25,113 nucleotides of DNA from a virus (Duplodnaviria; Caudoviricetes): IMG/VR virus record IMGVR_UViG_3300020458_000016, positions 1 through 25,113 of that record; one strand, 5' to 3'. The notes under the pieces were generated by a model that worked only from the letters and a program-made list of their open reading frames with translations, was not told the origin of the DNA and did not search any database. Numbering within the stretch: position 1 is the stretch's first letter; every line of letters starts with the position of its first letter. Below are positions 24,260 through 25,113 of the stretch, in pieces. The translations under genes and the position numbers were made by a program.

Positions 24260-25113
24260 AGGTCACTCCTTGCTGGCTGTTCGAGCGCTGCTCGTGGATG
24301 CGGCGGAGCTCGGCGGCTCGATCGATACCTGCCTGTTGCGGGGCTTTCCGGCGCTCTGACCTCCGCTGCATGGCAACCTGAGGCCACTTGTCGCGAAGCT
24401 TTTCGGGGGATTGGACGTGTGAAGCCCAGAATTTCTCGTGACGGATAGCCCAGTCCCACAGAATCCGGATGTGGCGGTGCTCCCGGCCATCCTGCTCTCG
24501 CATCAGCCGGATGGTGTTTGCCCAGCGGGAGAATTTCGGTTCTCGTGGCTTGTCCTCTCCCAGCTGATCGACCAGTGCGTCCCACATCCACACCGCAAGA
24601 TCGAGATCGTCTTGTGTCCCCCAGAATCGGCCGTTCTCGATGGCGGCATCAGGCCTTGAGGGCTGGCTTTGCTCGTTGGGGTGATCTGGGTCGTCCTGCG
24701 CTGGGTGGTTGTCCGGCCGGTCAGGCCCGGACGTCTTTCCTGCCGTAGTCTCTGAGGTAGTCTCTGAAGTAATCTCTGTAATAGATTGGCGGTTTCCGCC
24801 CTCACAGTCTGGCGGGTTTGTGCATTCTTGAATGGCGCTTTCCGCCATACTGGTTGCACCATCTGTACATTCTTGATTGGCGGATTCCGCCATTCTGGAG
24901 GACAGCGCTTTCAGGGCGGTTTCCAGAGCGTCAACGTTCACTCGGAAGTACAGCTTCGCCGGAACACCTTTCCTGATCTCTTCCAGGAAGCCGGCCTTTT
25001 CCAACCGCTTGCGAGCGGTCTCCTGCTCCCGGCGTGTCATGCCGGTTTCGGCCTCCCAGTCGGACTGAGACTTATAGAACCAGCCGTCCTTGTTGGAGGT
25101 CCGGCCATGCCAG
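24246..25113 (-). CDS. Replication initiator, lambda O-like (5' end beyond window)
   Basis: Frame open to the window edge: WHGRTSNKDGWFYKSQSDWEAETGMTRREQETARKRL (winged-HTH like). C-terminal WANTIRLMREQDGR...FWASHVQSPEKLRDKW resembles the lambda O C-terminus. Confidence 0.88.
   Translation of the reverse strand, partial: WHGRTSNKDGWFYKSQSDWEAETGMTRREQETARKRLEKAGFLEEIRKGVPAKLYFRVNVDALETALKALSSRMAESANQECTDGATSMAESAIQECTNPPDCEGGNRQSITEITSETTSETTAGKTSGPDRPDNHPAQDDPDHPNEQSQPSRPDAAIENGRFWGTQDDLDLAVWMWDALVDQLGEDKPREPKFSRWANTIRLMREQDGREHRHIRILWDWAIRHEKFWASHVQSPEKLRDKWPQVAMQRRSERRKAPQQAGIDRAAELRRIHEQRSNSQQGVTYEHQ
24745..24894. repeat. Putative replication origin iterons inside the initiator gene
   Basis: Three hyphenated palindromes TGGCG(G/C)(T/A)TTCCGCC at about 24787, 24833 and 24878 (45-46 bp period), plus three 12-bp-period GTA(G/A)TCTCTG repeats at 24745, 24757 and 24769. 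Confidence 0.7.

Larger units (their letters stand above)
20..25113 (-). mobile_element. HK97-like lambdoid prophage (partial; replication through tail modules), integrated at a tRNA-Met gene
   Basis: Contiguous minus-strand replication-lysis-head-tail gene order typical of lambdoid siphoviruses; ends at a tRNA 3'-half duplication. Integrase and repressor are not in the window. Confidence 0.97.

Noticed and set aside
24745-24894. CRISPR-like or guide-RNA array
   Set aside because: Only three degenerate units, inside a coding gene at the expected origin position, with no cas-like genes.

Overview
Right-hand ~25 kb of a temperate lambdoid, HK97-like siphovirus prophage in a GC-rich (probably gammaproteobacterial) host, with all real genes on the minus strand. 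In transcription order (right to left): lambda O-like replication initiator with internal iterons (cut by the window edge), DUF6475-like protein, small nin-like genes, a Q-position late regulator with a pR'-like promoter and terminators, lysis cassette (GH24 endolysin, two membrane proteins, Rz/Rz1), packaging HNH, cos region, terminase, portal, protease, HK97 capsid, neck genes, a KilA-N moron, tail tube, G/GT chaperones with a -1 frameshift site, an HNH plus membrane-protein moron, tape measure, tail tip and a mosaic tailspike. The prophage ends at an att site formed by the 3' half of a tRNA-Met(CAT) gene (20-69). The most unusual signals are (i) a shared three-way-junction/pseudoknot RNA leader in front of both morons, (ii) an HNH gene whose conserved N-terminus has no ATG/GTG/TTG start, (iii) a Q-position regulator that lacks the lambda Q zinc finger, and (iv) a near-identical terminator module reused at module junctions. 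Family assignments come from motif recognition and synteny, not database searches.
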